Source of the DNA: Azolla caroliniana
Taxonomy: Eukaryota > Plantae > Polypodiophyta
Assembly (NCBI GenBank): GCA_043228905.1
Contig: JBHGNT010000024.1
Span: 1-64,000, forward strand
Length of the DNA stretch: 64,000 nt
Direction of reading: 5' to 3'
Part shown: positions 41,601-54,550 of the stretch, one piece after another
Layout of the letters: each line of letters opens with the position of its first letter
Numbering within the stretch: position 1 is the stretch's first letter
The notes under the pieces: model-generated
The model's database searches: none
Told to the model about the DNA's origin: nothing
The model's input: only the letters and a program-made list of their open reading frames with translations
Position numbers and translations under genes: made by a program

Positions 41601-44600
41601 GCTAACAACGCTACCTATGATACGGAATTAGAAAATCAAGATTTTAAAAGTCAAGTCCAGAGACATGACGAAATTACCAAATTTGAGGAGTGAGTTGAGA
41701 GGAGCCCTTGAGTAAATTAAAATGTTCATACCTGGCTCGTGTGATATCGGATTTTTGTGTTCAAACATGCAAATCAAAGCTAACAACGCTACCTATGATA
41801 TGGAATTAAAAAATCAAGATTTTAAAAGTCAAGTCCAGAGACATTACGAAAATACCAAATTTGAGGAGTGAGTTGAGAAGACCTAGTAGGTAAATTTAAA
41901 TGTTCATACCTGGCTCGTGTGATATCGGATTTTTGTGTTCAAACATGCAAATCGAAGCTAACAACGCTACCTATGATATGGAATTAAAAAATCAAGATTT
42001 TAAAAGTCAAGTCCAGAGACATTACGAAAATACCAAATTTGAGGAGTGAGTTGAGAAGACCTAGTAGGTAAAATTAAATGTTCATACCTGGCTCGTGTGA
42101 TATCGGATTTTTGTGTTCAAACATGCGAATCGAAGCTAACAACGCTACCTATGATATGGAATTAAAAAATCAAGATTTTGAAACTCAGGTCGAGAGACAT
42201 GACGAAATTACCAAATGTGAGGAGTGAGTTGAGAAGAGCTAGTAGGTAAATGAAAATGTTCATACCTGGCTCGTGTGATATCGGATTTTTGTGTTCAAAC
42301 ATGCAAATCGAAGCTAACAACGCTACCTATGATATGGAATTAAAAAATCAAGATTTTAAAAGTCAAGTCTAGAGACATTACGAAATTACCAAATTTGAGG
42401 AGTGAGTTGAGAGGAGCCCTTGAGTAAATTAAAATGTTCATACCTGGCTCGTGTGATATCGGATTTTTGTGTTCAAACATGCGAATCGAAGCTGGCGACG
42501 CTACCTATGATATGCAATTAAAAAATCAAGATTTTGAAACTCAGGTCGAGAGACATGACGAAAATAGCGAACTTGAGGAGGGAGTTGAGAGGAGCCCTTG
42601 AGTAAATTAAAATCTTCATACCTGGCTCTTGTGATATCGGATTTTTATGTTCAAACATGCAAATCGAAGCTAAAAACGCTAGCTATGATATGGAATTAAA
42701 AAATCAAGATTTTGAAACTCAGGTCGAGAGACATGACGAAATTACCAACCTTGACAAGGGAGTTGAGAGCAGCCCTTGAGTAAATTTAAATGTTCATACC
42801 TGGCTCGTGTGATATCGGATTTTTGTGTTGAAACATGCCTATCGAAGCTAACAACGCTAGCTATGATATGGAATTAAAAAATTAATATTTTGAAACTCAG
42901 GTCGAGAGACATGACGAAATTACCAAATTTGATGAGTGAGTTGAGAAGACCTAGTAGGTAAATTTAAATGTTCATACCTGGCTCGTGTGATATCGGATTT
43001 TTGTGTTCAAACATGCAAATCGAAGCTAACAACGCTACCTATGATATGGAATTAAAAAATCAAGATTTTAAAAGTCAAGTCCAGAGACATTACGAAATTA
43101 CCAAACTTGAGGAGGGAGTTGAGAGGAGCCCTTGAGTAAATTAAAATGTTCATACCTGGCTCTTGTGATATCGGATTTTTGTGTTCAAACATGCAAATCG
43201 AAGCTAACAACGCTAGCTATGATATGGAATTAAAAAATCAAGATTTTGAAAGTCAGGTCGATAGACATTACGAAATTACCAAATTTGAGGAGTGAGTTGA
43301 GAGGAGCCCTTGAGTAAATTAAAATGTTCATACCTGGCTCGTGTGATATCGGATTTTTGTTTTCAAACATGCGAATCGAAGCTGGCGACGCTACCTATGA
43401 TATGGAATTAAAATATCAAGATTTTAAAACTCAGGTCGAGAGACATGACGAAAATAGCAAACTTGAGGAAGGAGATGAGAAGAGCTAGTACGTAAATTTA
43501 AATGTTCATACCTGGCTCGTGTGATATCCGATTTTTGTGTTCAAACATGCGAATCGAAGCTAACAACGCTAGCTATGATATGGAATTAAAAAATCAAGAT
43601 TTTGAAACTCAGGTCGAGAGACATGACAAAATAGCAAACTTGAGGAAGTAGTTGAGAAGAGCTAGTAGGTAAATTAAAATGCTCATACCTGGCTCGTGTG
43701 ATATCGGATTTTTGTGTTCAAACATGCAAATCGAAGCTAACAACGCTAGCTATGATATGGAATTAAAAAATCAAGAATTTGAAACTCAGGTCGAGAGATG
43801 TGACGAAATTACCAAATTTGAGGAGTGATTTGAGAGCAGCCCTTGAGTAAATTAAAATGTTCATATCGGGCTCGTGTGATATCGGATTTTTGTGTTCAAA
43901 CATGCAAATCGAAGCTAACAACGCTGGCTATGATATGGAATTAAAAAATCTAGATTTTGAATCTAAAGTGCAGAGACATGACGAAATTACCAAATTTGAG
44001 GAGTGAGTTGAGAAGAGCTAGTACGTAAATTTAAATATTCATACCTGGCAAACTGTGATATCGGATTTTTGTGTTCAAACATGCGAATCGAAGCTAACAA
44101 CGCTACCTATGATATGGAATTAAAACATCAAGATTTTGAAACTCAGGTCGAGAGACATGACGAAATTACCAAATTTGAGGAGGGAGTTGAGAGCAGCCCT
44201 TGAGTAAATTAAAATGTTCATACCTGGCTCGTGTGATATCGGATTTCTGTGTTCAAACATGCAAATTGAAGCTAACAACGCTAGATATGATATCGAATTA
44301 AAAAATGAAGATTTTGAAACTCAGGTCGAGAGACATGACGAAATTACCAGATCTGAGGAGTGAGTTGAGAAGAGCTAGTACGTAGATTTAAATGTTCATA
44401 TCTGGCGACTGTGATATCGGATTTTTGTGTTCAAACATGCCAATCGAAGCTAACAACGCTAGCTATGATATGGAATTAAAAAATCACGATTTTGAAACTC
44501 AGGTCGAGAGACAGGACGAAATTACCAACCTTGACAAGGGAGTTGAGAGCAGCCCTTGAGTAAATTAAAATGTTCATACCTGGCTTGTGTGATATCGGAG

Positions 44601-46200
44601 TTCTGTGTTCAAACATGCAAATCGAAGAAAACAACGCTAGCTATGATATGGAATTAAAAAATCAAGATTTTGAAACTCAGGTCGAGAGACATGACGAAAA
44701 TAGCAAACTTGAGGAGGGAGTTGAGAAGATCTAGTAGGTAAATTAAAATGTTCATACCTGGCGACTGTGATATCGGATTTATGTGTTCAATCATGCGAAT
44801 CGAAGCTAACAACGCTAGCGATGATATGGACTTAAAAAATCAAGATTTTGAAACTCAGGTCGAGAGACATGACGAAAATAGCAAACTTGAGGAGGGAGTT
44901 GAGAGGAGCCCTTGAGTAAATTAAAATGTTCATACCTGGCTCGTGTGATATCGGATTTTTGTGTTCAAACATGCGATTCGAAGCCAACAACGCTACCTAT
45001 GATATGGAATTAAAAAATCAAGATTTTGAAACTCAGGTCGAGAGACATGACAAAAATAGCAAACTTGAGGAGGGAGTTGAGAGCAGCCCTTGAGTAAATT
45101 AAAATGTTCATACCTGCCTCGTGTGATATCGGATTTCTGTGTTCAAACATGCAAATTGAAGCTAACAATGCTAGCTATGATATGGAATTAAAATATCAAG
45201 AATTTGAAACTCAGGTCGAGAGATGTGACGAAATTACCAAATTTGAGGAGTGATTTGAGAGGAGCCCTTGAGTAAATTAAAATGTTCATATCGGGCTCGT
45301 GTGATATCGGATTTTTGTGTTCAAACATGCAAATCGAAGCTAACAACGCTGGCTATGATATGGAATTAAAAAATCTAGATTTTGAAACTAAAGTGCAGAG
45401 ACATGACGAAATTACCAAATTTGAGGAGTGAGTTGAGAAGAGGTAGTAGGTAAATTAAAATGTTCATACCTGGCTCGTGTCATATCGGATTTATGTGTAC
45501 AAATATGCTTATCGAAGCTAACAACGCTAGCTATGAGATGGAATTAAAAAATTAAGATTTTGAAACTCAAGTCGAGAGACATGACGAAAATAGCAAACTT
45601 GAGGAGGGAGTTGAGAAGAGCCCTTCAGTAAATTAAAATGTTCATACCTGGCTCGTGTGATATCGGATTTTTGTGTTCAAACATGCGAATCGAAGCTGGC
45701 GACCCTACCTAGGATATGGAATTAAAAAATCAATATTTTGGAACTCAGGTCGAGAGACATGACCAAAATAGCAAACTTGAGGAGGGAGTTGAGAGGAGCC
45801 CTTGAGTAAATTTAAATGTTCATACCTGGCTCGTGTGATATCGGATTTTTGTGTTCAAACATGCGATTCGAAGCCAACAAGGCTACCTATGATATGGAAT
45901 TAAAAAATCAAGATTTTGAAACTCAGGTCGAGAGACATGACAAAAATAGCAAACTTGAGGAGGGAGTTGAGAGGAGCCCTTGAGTAAATTAAAATGTTCA
46001 TACCTGGCTCTTGTGGTATCGGATTTTTGTGTTCAAACATGCAAATCGAAACTAGCAAAGCTAGCTATGATATGGAATTAAAAAATCAAGATTTTGAAAC
46101 TCAGGTCCAGCGACATTACGAAATTACCAAATTTGAGTAGTGAGCTGAGAAGAGCTAGTAGGTAAATTAAAATGTTCATACCTGGCTCGTGTCATATCGG
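41600..46200 (+). repeat. More divergent, largely non-HOR monomer block
   Basis: Dense rare variants (ACCAACCTTGACAAGGG, TCTAAAGTGCAGAG, CCAGATCTGAGG, GAAGAAAACAAC, ACCCTACCTAGG) without long exact periodicity. Confidence 0.75.
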
Positions 46201-46749
46201 ATTTTTGTGTTCAAACATGCGAATCGAAGCTAACAACGCTAGCTATGATATGGAATTTAAAAATCAAGATTTTAAAAGTCAAGTCCAGAGACATGACCAC
46301 AATAGCAAACTTGAGGAGGGAGTTGAGAGGAGTCCTTGAGTAAATTAAAATGTTCATACCTGGCTCGTGTGATATCGGATTTCTGTGTTCAAACATGCAA
46401 ATCGAAGCTAACAACGCTACCTATGATATGGAATTAAAAAATCAAGATTTTAAAACTCAAGTCCAGCGACATTACGAAATTACCAAATTTGAGTAGTGAG
46501 CTGAGAAGAGCTAGTAGGTAAATTAAAATGTTCATACCTGGCTCGTGTCATATCGGATTTATGTGTTCAAATATGCGAATCGAAGCTAACAACGCTAGCT
46601 ATGAGATGGAATTAAAAAATCAAGATTTTGAAACTCAGGTCGAGAGACATGATGGAAATAGCAAACTTGAGGAGGGAGTTGAGAAGAGCCCTTGAGTAAA
46701 TTAAAATGTTCATACCAGGCTCGTGTGATATCGGATTTTTGTGTTCAAA

Positions 46750-49700
46750 CATGCGAATCGAAGCTAACAACGCTAGCTATGATATGGAATTAAAAAATCA
46801 AGATTTTGAAACTCAGGTCGAGAGACATGACGAAAATAGCAAACTTGAGGAGGGAGTTGATAGGAGCCCTTTAGTAAATTAAAATGTTCATACCTGGCTC
46901 GTGTGATATCGGATTTTTGTGTTCAAACATGCAAATCGAAGCTAACAACGCTAGTATGAGATGCAATTAAAAAATCAAGATTTTAAAACTCAGGTCGAGA
47001 GACATGACGAAAATAGCAAACTTGAGGAGGGAGTTGAGAGGAGCCCTTGAGTAAATTTAAATGTTCATACCTGGCTCGTGTGATATCGGATTTTTGTGTT
47101 CAAACATGCGATTCGAAGCCAACAAGGCTACCTATGATATGGAATTAAAAAATCAAGATTTTGAAACTCAGGTCGAGAGACATGACAAAAATAGCAAACT
47201 TGAGGAGGGAGTTGAGAAGAGCCCTTGAGTAAATTAAAATGTTCATACCTGGCTCGTGTGATATCGGATTTTTGTGTTCAAACATGCGAATCGAAGCTAA
47301 CAACGCTAGCTATGATATGGAATTAAAAAATCAAGATTTTGAAACTCAAGTCGAGAACCATGACCACAATAGCAAACTTGAGGAGGGAGTTGAGAGGAGC
47401 CCATGAGTAAATTAAAATGTTCATACCTGGCTCTTGTGATATCGGATTTTTGTGTTCAAACATGCGAATCGAAGCTAACAACGCTAGCTATGATATGGAA
47501 TTTAAAAATCAAGATTTTAAAAGTCAAGTCCAGAGACATGACCACAATACCAAACTTGAGGAGGGAGTTGAGAGGAGTCCTTGAGTAAATTAAAATGTTC
47601 ATACCTGGCTCGTGTGATATCGGATTTCTGTGTTCAAACATGCAAATCGAAGCTAACAACGCTACCTATGATATGGAATTAAAAAATCAAGATTTTAAAA
47701 CTCAAGTCCAGCGACATTACGAAATTACCAAATTTGAGTAGTGAGCTGAGAAGATCTAGTAGGTAAATTAAAATGTTCATACCTGGCTCGTGTCATATCG
47801 GATTTATGTGTTCAAATATGCGAATCGAAGCTAACAACGCTAGCTATGAGATGGAATTAAAAAATCAAGATTTTGAAACTCAGGTCGAGAGACATGATGG
47901 AAATAGCAAACTTGAGGAGGGAGTTGAGAAGAGCCCTTGAGTAAATTAAAATGTTCATACCAGGCTCGTGTGATATCGGATTTTTGTGTTCAAACATGCG
48001 AATCGAAGCTAACAACGCTAGCTATGATATGGATTTAAAAAATCAAGATTTTGAAACTCAGGTCGAGAGACATGACGAAAATAGCAAACTTGAGGAGGGA
48101 GTTGATAGGAGCCCTTTAGTAAATTAAAATGTTCATACCTGGCTTGTGTGATATCGGATTTTTGTGTTCAAACATGCAAATCGAAGCTAACAACGCTAGT
48201 ATGAGATGCAATTAAAAAATCAAGATTTTAAAACTCAGGTCGAGAGACATGACGAAAATAGCAAACTTGAGGAAGGAGTTGAGAAGAGCTAGTACGTAAA
48301 TTTAAATGTTCATACCTGGCAAACTGTGATATCGGATTTTTGTGTTCAAACATGCAAATCGAAGCTAATAACGCTAGCTATGATATGGAATTAAAACATC
48401 AAGATTTTGAAACTCAGGTCGAGAGACATGACGAAATTACCAAATTTGAGGAGGGAGTTGAGAGCAGCCCTTGAGTAAATTAAAATGTTCATACCTGGCT
48501 CGTGTGATATCGGATTTCTGTGTTCAAACATGCAAATTGAAGCTAACAATGCTAGATATGATATCGAATTAAAAAATCAAGATTTTGAAACTCAGGTCGA
48601 GAGACATGATGGAAATAGCAAACTTGAGGAGGGAGTTGAGAAGAGCCCTTGAGTAAATTAAAATGTTCATACCTGGCTCGTGTGATATCGGATTTTTGTG
48701 TTCAAACATGCGAATCGAACCTAACAACGCTAGCTATGATATGGAATTAAAAAATCAAGATTTTGAAACTCAGGTCGAGAGACATGACGAAAATAGCAAA
48801 CTTGAGGAGGGAGTTGATAGGAGCCCTTTAGTAAATTAAAATGTTCATACCTGGCTCGTGTGATATCGGATTTTTGTGTTCAAACATGCAAATCGAAGCT
48901 AACAACGCTAGTATGAGATGCAATTAAAAAATCAAGATTTTAAAACTCAGGTCGAGAGACATGACGAAAATAGCAAACTTGAGGAGGGAGTTGAGAGGAG
49001 CCCTTGAGTAAATTTAAATGTTCATACCTGGCTCGTGTGATATCGGATTTTTGTGTTCAAACATGCGATTCGAAGCCAACAAGGCTACCTATGATATGGA
49101 ATTAAAAAATCAAGATTTTGAAACTCAGGTCGAGAGACATGACAAAAATAGCAAACTTGAGGAGGGAGTTGAGAAGAGCCCTTGAGTAAATTAAAATGTT
49201 CATACCTGGCTCGTGTGATATCGGATTTTTGTGTTCAAACATGCGAATCGAAGCTAACAACGCTAGCTATGATATGGAATTAAAAAATCAAGATTTTGAA
49301 ACTCAAGTCGAGAACCATGACCACAATAGCAAACTTGAGGAGGGAGTTGAGAGGAGCCCATGAGTAAATTAAAATGTTCATACCTGGCTCTTGTGATATC
49401 GGATTTTTGTGTTCAAACATGCGAATCGAAGCTAACAACGCTAGCTATGATATGGAATTTAAAAATCAAGATTTTAAAAGTCAAGTCCAGAGACATGACC
49501 ACAATACCAAACTTGAGGAGGGAGTTGAGAGGAGTCCTTGAGTAAATTAAAATGTTCATACCTGGCTCGTGTGATATCGGATTTCTGTGTTCAAACATGC
49601 AAATCGAAGCTAACAACGCTACCTATGATATGGAATTAAAAAATCAAGATTTTAAAACTCAAGTCCAGCGACATTACGAAATTACCAAATTTGAGTAGTG

Positions 49701-52600
49701 AGCTGAGAAGATCTAGTAGGTAAATTAAAATGTTCATACCTGGCTCGTGTCATATCGGATTTATGTGTTCAAATATGCGAATCGAAGCTAACAACGCTAG
49801 CTATGAGATGGAATTAAAAAATCAAGATTTTGAAACTCAGGTCGAGAGACATGATGGAAATAGCAAACTTGAGGAGGGAGTTGAGAAGAGCCCTTGAGTA
49901 AATTAAAATGTTCATACCAGGCTCGTGTGATATCGGATTTTTGTGTTCAAACATGCGAATCGAAGCTAACAACGCTAGCTATGATATGGATTTAAAAAAT
50001 CAAGATTTTGAAACTCAGGTCGAGAGACATGACGAAAATAGCAAACTTGAGGAGGGAGTTGATAGGAGCCCTTTAGTAAATTAAAATGTTCATACCTGGC
50101 TTGTGTGATATCGGATTTTTGTGTTCAAACATGCAAATCGAAGCTAACAACGCTAGTATGAGATGCAATTAAAAAATCAAGATTTTAAAACTCAGGTCGA
50201 GAGACATGACGAAAATAGCAAACTTGAGGAAGGAGTTGAGAAGAGCTAGTACGTAAATTTAAATGTTCATACCTGGCAAACTGTGATATCGGATTTTTGT
50301 GTTCAAACATGCAAATCGAAGCTAATAACGCTAGCTATGATATGGAATTAAAACATCAAGATTTTGAAACTCAGGTCGAGAGACATGACGAAATTACCAA
50401 ATTTGAGGAGGGAGTTGAGAGCAGCCCTTGAGTAAATTAAAATGTTCATACCTGGCTCGTGTGATATCGGATTTCTGTGTTCAAACATGCAAATTGAAGC
50501 TAACAATGCTAGATATGATATCGAATTAAAAAATCAAGATTTTGAAACTCAGGTCGAGAGACATGATGGAAATAGCAAACTTGAGGAGGGAGTTGAGAAG
50601 AGCCCTTGAGTAAATTAAAATGTTCATACCTGGCTCGTGTGATATCGGATTTTTGTGTTCAAACATGCGAATCGAACCTAACAACGCTAGCTATGATATG
50701 GAATTAAAAAATCAAGATTTTGAAACTCAGGTCGAGAGACATGACGAAAATAGCAAACTTGAGGAGGGAGTTGATAGGAGCCCTTTAGTAAATTAAAATG
50801 TTCATACCTGGCTCGTGTGATATCGGATTTTTGTGTTCAAACATGCAAATCGAAGCTAACAACGCTAGTATGAGATGCAATTAAAAAATCAAGATTTTAA
50901 AACTCAGGTCGAGAGACATGACGAAAATAGCAAACTTGAGGAGGGAGTTGAGAGGAGCCCTTGAGTAAATTTAAATGTTCATACCTGGCTCGTGTGATAT
51001 CGGATTTTTGTGTTCAAACATGCGATTCGAAGCCAACAAGGCTACCTATGATATGGAATTAAAAAATCAAGATTTTGAAACTCAGGTCGAGAGACATGAC
51101 AAAAATAGCAAACTTGAGGAGGGAGTTGAGAAGAGCCCTTGAGTAAATTAAAATGTTCATACCTGGCTCGTGTGATATCGGATTTTTGTGTTCAAACATG
51201 CGAATCGAAGCTAACAACGCTAGCTATGATATGGAATTAAAAAATCAAGATTTTGAAACTCAAGTCGAGAACCATGACCACAATAGCAAACTTGAGGAGG
51301 GAGTTGAGAGGAGCCCATGAGTAAATTAAAATGTTCATACCTGGCTCTTGTGATATCGGATTTTTGTGTTCAAACATGCGAATCGAAGCTAACAACGCTA
51401 GCTATGATATGGAATTTAAAAATCAAGATTTTAAAAGTCAAGTCCAGAGACATGACCACAATACCAAACTTGAGGAGGGAGTTGAGAGGAGTCCTTGAGT
51501 AAATTAAAATGTTCATACCTGGCTCGTGTGATATCGGATTTCTGTGTTCAAACATGCAAATCGAAGCTAACAACGCTACCTATGATATGGAATTAAAAAA
51601 TCAAGATTTTAAAACTCAAGTCCAGCGACATTACGAAATTACCAAATTTGAGTAGTGAGCTGAGAAGATCTAGTAGGTAAATTAAAATGTTCATACCTGG
51701 CTCGTGTCATATCGGATTTATGTGTTCAAATATGCGAATCGAAGCTAACAACGCTAGCTATGAGATGGAATTAAAAAATCAAGATTTTGAAACTCAGGTC
51801 GAGAGACATGATGGAAATAGCAAACTTGAGGAGGGAGTTGAGAAGAGCCCTTGAGTAAATTAAAATGTTCATACCAGGCTCGTGTGATATCGGATTTTTG
51901 TGTTCAAACATGCGAATCGAAGCTAACAACGCTAGCTATGATATGGATTTAAAAAATCAAGATTTTGAAACTCAGGTCGAGAGACATGACGAAAATAGCA
52001 AACTTGAGGAGGGAGTTGATAGGAGCCCTTTAGTAAATTAAAATGTTCATACCTGGCTTGTGTGATATCGGATTTTTGTGTTCAAACATGCAAATCGAAG
52101 CTAACAACGCTAGTATGAGATGCAATTAAAAAATCAAGATTTTAAAACTCAGGTCGAGAGACATGACGAAAATAGCAAACTTGAGGAAGGAGTTGAGAAG
52201 AGCTAGTACGTAAATTAAAATGTTCATACCTGGCAAACTGTGATATCGGATTTTTGTGTTCAAACATGCGAATCGAAGCTAATAACGCTAGCTATGATAT
52301 GGAATTAAAACATCAAGATTTTGAAACTCAGGTCGAGAGACATGACGAAATTACCAAATTTGAGGAGGGAGTAGAGAGCAGCCCTTGAGTAAATTAAAAT
52401 GTTCATACCTGGCTCGTGTGATATCGGATTTCTGTGTTCAAACATGCAAATTGAAGCTAACAATGCTAGATATGATATCGAATTAAAAAATCAAGATTTT
52501 GAAACTCAGGTCGAGAGACATGATGGAAATAGCAAACTTGAGGAGGGAGTTGAGAAGAGCCCTTGAGTAAATTAAAATGTTCATACCTGGCTCGTGTGAT
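46750..52600 (+). repeat. 11-mer higher-order repeat, 1957 bp, about 3 near-identical copies
   Basis: Identical ORFs at 47403/49360/51317 and 47456/49413/51370; markers GAGAACCATGACCAC, AAGCCAACAAGGC, GAAGATCTAG at the same period. Confidence 0.93.
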
Positions 52601-52899
52601 ATCGGATTTTTGTGTTCAAACATGCAAATCGAAGCTAACAACGCTAGTATGAGATGCAATTAAAAAATCAAGATTTTAAAACTCAGGTCGAGAGACATGA
52701 CGAAAATAGCAAACTTGAGGAAGGAGTTGAGAAGAGCTAGTACGTAAATTTAAATGTTCATACCTGGCAAACTGTGATATCGGATTTTTGTGTTCAAACA
52801 TGCGAATCGAAGCTAATAACGCTAGCTATGATATGGAATTAAAACATCAAGATTTTGAAACTCAGGTCAGGAGACATGACGAAAATAGCAAACTTGAGG

Positions 52900-54550
52900 A
52901 GGGAGTTGAGAGGAGCCCTTGAGTAAATTAAAATGTTCATACCTGGCTCGTGTGATATCGGATTTTTGTGTTCAAACATGCGTTTCAAAGCTAACAACGC
53001 TAGCTATGATATGGAATTAAAAAATTAATATTTTGAAACTCAGGTCGAGAGACATGACGAAAATAGCAAACTTGAGGAGGGAGTTGATAGGAGCCCTTGA
53101 GTAAATTAAAATGTTCATACCTGGCTCGTGTGATATCGGATTTTTGTGTTCAAACATGCAAATCGAAGCTAACAACGCTAGTATGAGATGCAATTAAAAA
53201 ATCAAGATTTTAAAACTCAGGTCGAGAGACATGACGAAAATAGCAAACTTGAGGAAGGAGTTGAGAAGAGCTAGTACGTAAATTTAAATGTTCATACCTG
53301 GCTCGTGTGATATCGGATTTTTGTGTTCAAACATGCGAATCGAAGCTAACAACGCTAGCTATGATATGGAATTAAAAAATCAAGATTTTGAAACTCAGGT
53401 CGAGAGACATGACGAAAATAGCAAACTTGAGGAGGGAGTTGATAGGAGCCCTTGAGTAAATTAAAATGTTCATACCTAGCTCGTGTGATATCGGATTTTT
53501 GTGTTCAAACATGCAAATCGAAGCTAACAATGCTAGCTATGATATCGAATTAAAAAATCAAGATTTTGAAACTCAGGTCGAGAGACATGACGAAATTACC
53601 AAATTTGAGGAGTGAGTTGAGAAGAGCTAGAACGTAGATTTAAATGTTCATACCTGGCTCGTGTGATATCGGAGTTTTGTGTTCAAACATGCAAATCGAA
53701 CCTAACAACGCTAGCTATGATATGGAATTAAAAAATCATGATTTTGAAACTCAGGTCGAGAGACATGACGAAATTACCAAATTTGAGGAGTGAGTTGAGA
53801 AGAGCTAGTACGTAGATTTAAATGTTCATACCTGGCGATTGTGATATCGGATTTTTGTGTTCAAACATGCCAATCGAAGCTAACAATGCTAGTTATGATA
53901 TGGAATTAAAAAATCAAGATTTTGAAACTCAGGTCGAGAGACATGACGAAATTACCAACCTTGACAAGGGAGTTGAGAGCAACCCTTGAGTAAATTAAAA
54001 TGTTCATACCTGGCTCGTGTGATATCGGATTTATGTGTTCAAACATGCCAATCGAAGCTAACAACACTAGCTATGATACGGAATTAAAAAATCAATATTT
54101 TGAAACTCAGGTCGAGAGACATGACGAAAATAGCAAACTTGAGGAGGGAGTTGAGAAGAGCTAGTAGGTAAATTTAAATGTTCATACCTGGCGACTGTGT
54201 TCAAACATGCGAATCGAAGCTAACAACGCTACCTATGATATGGAATTAAAAAATCAAGAATTTGAAACTCAGATCGAGAGATGTGACGAAATTACCAAAT
54301 TTGAGAAATGATTTGAGAGAAGCCCTTGAGTAAATTTAAATGTTCATACCTGGCTTGTGTGATATCGGAGTTTTGTGTTCAAACATGCAAATCGAACCTA
54401 ACAACGCTAGCTATGATATGGAATTAAAAAATCAAGATTTTGAAACTCAGGTCGAGAGACATGACGAAAATAGCAAACTTGAGGAGGGAGTTGAGAAGAG
54501 CTAGTAGGTAAATTAAAATGTTCATACCTGGCTCGTGTGATATCCGTTTT
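52900..54550 (+). repeat. Second divergent monomer block
   Basis: Rare variants shared with 41.6-46.2 kb (ACCAACCTTGACAAGGG, CGTAGATTTAAA, GGCGACTGTG, AATTAATATTTT) plus a 16-bp deletion. Confidence 0.65.
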
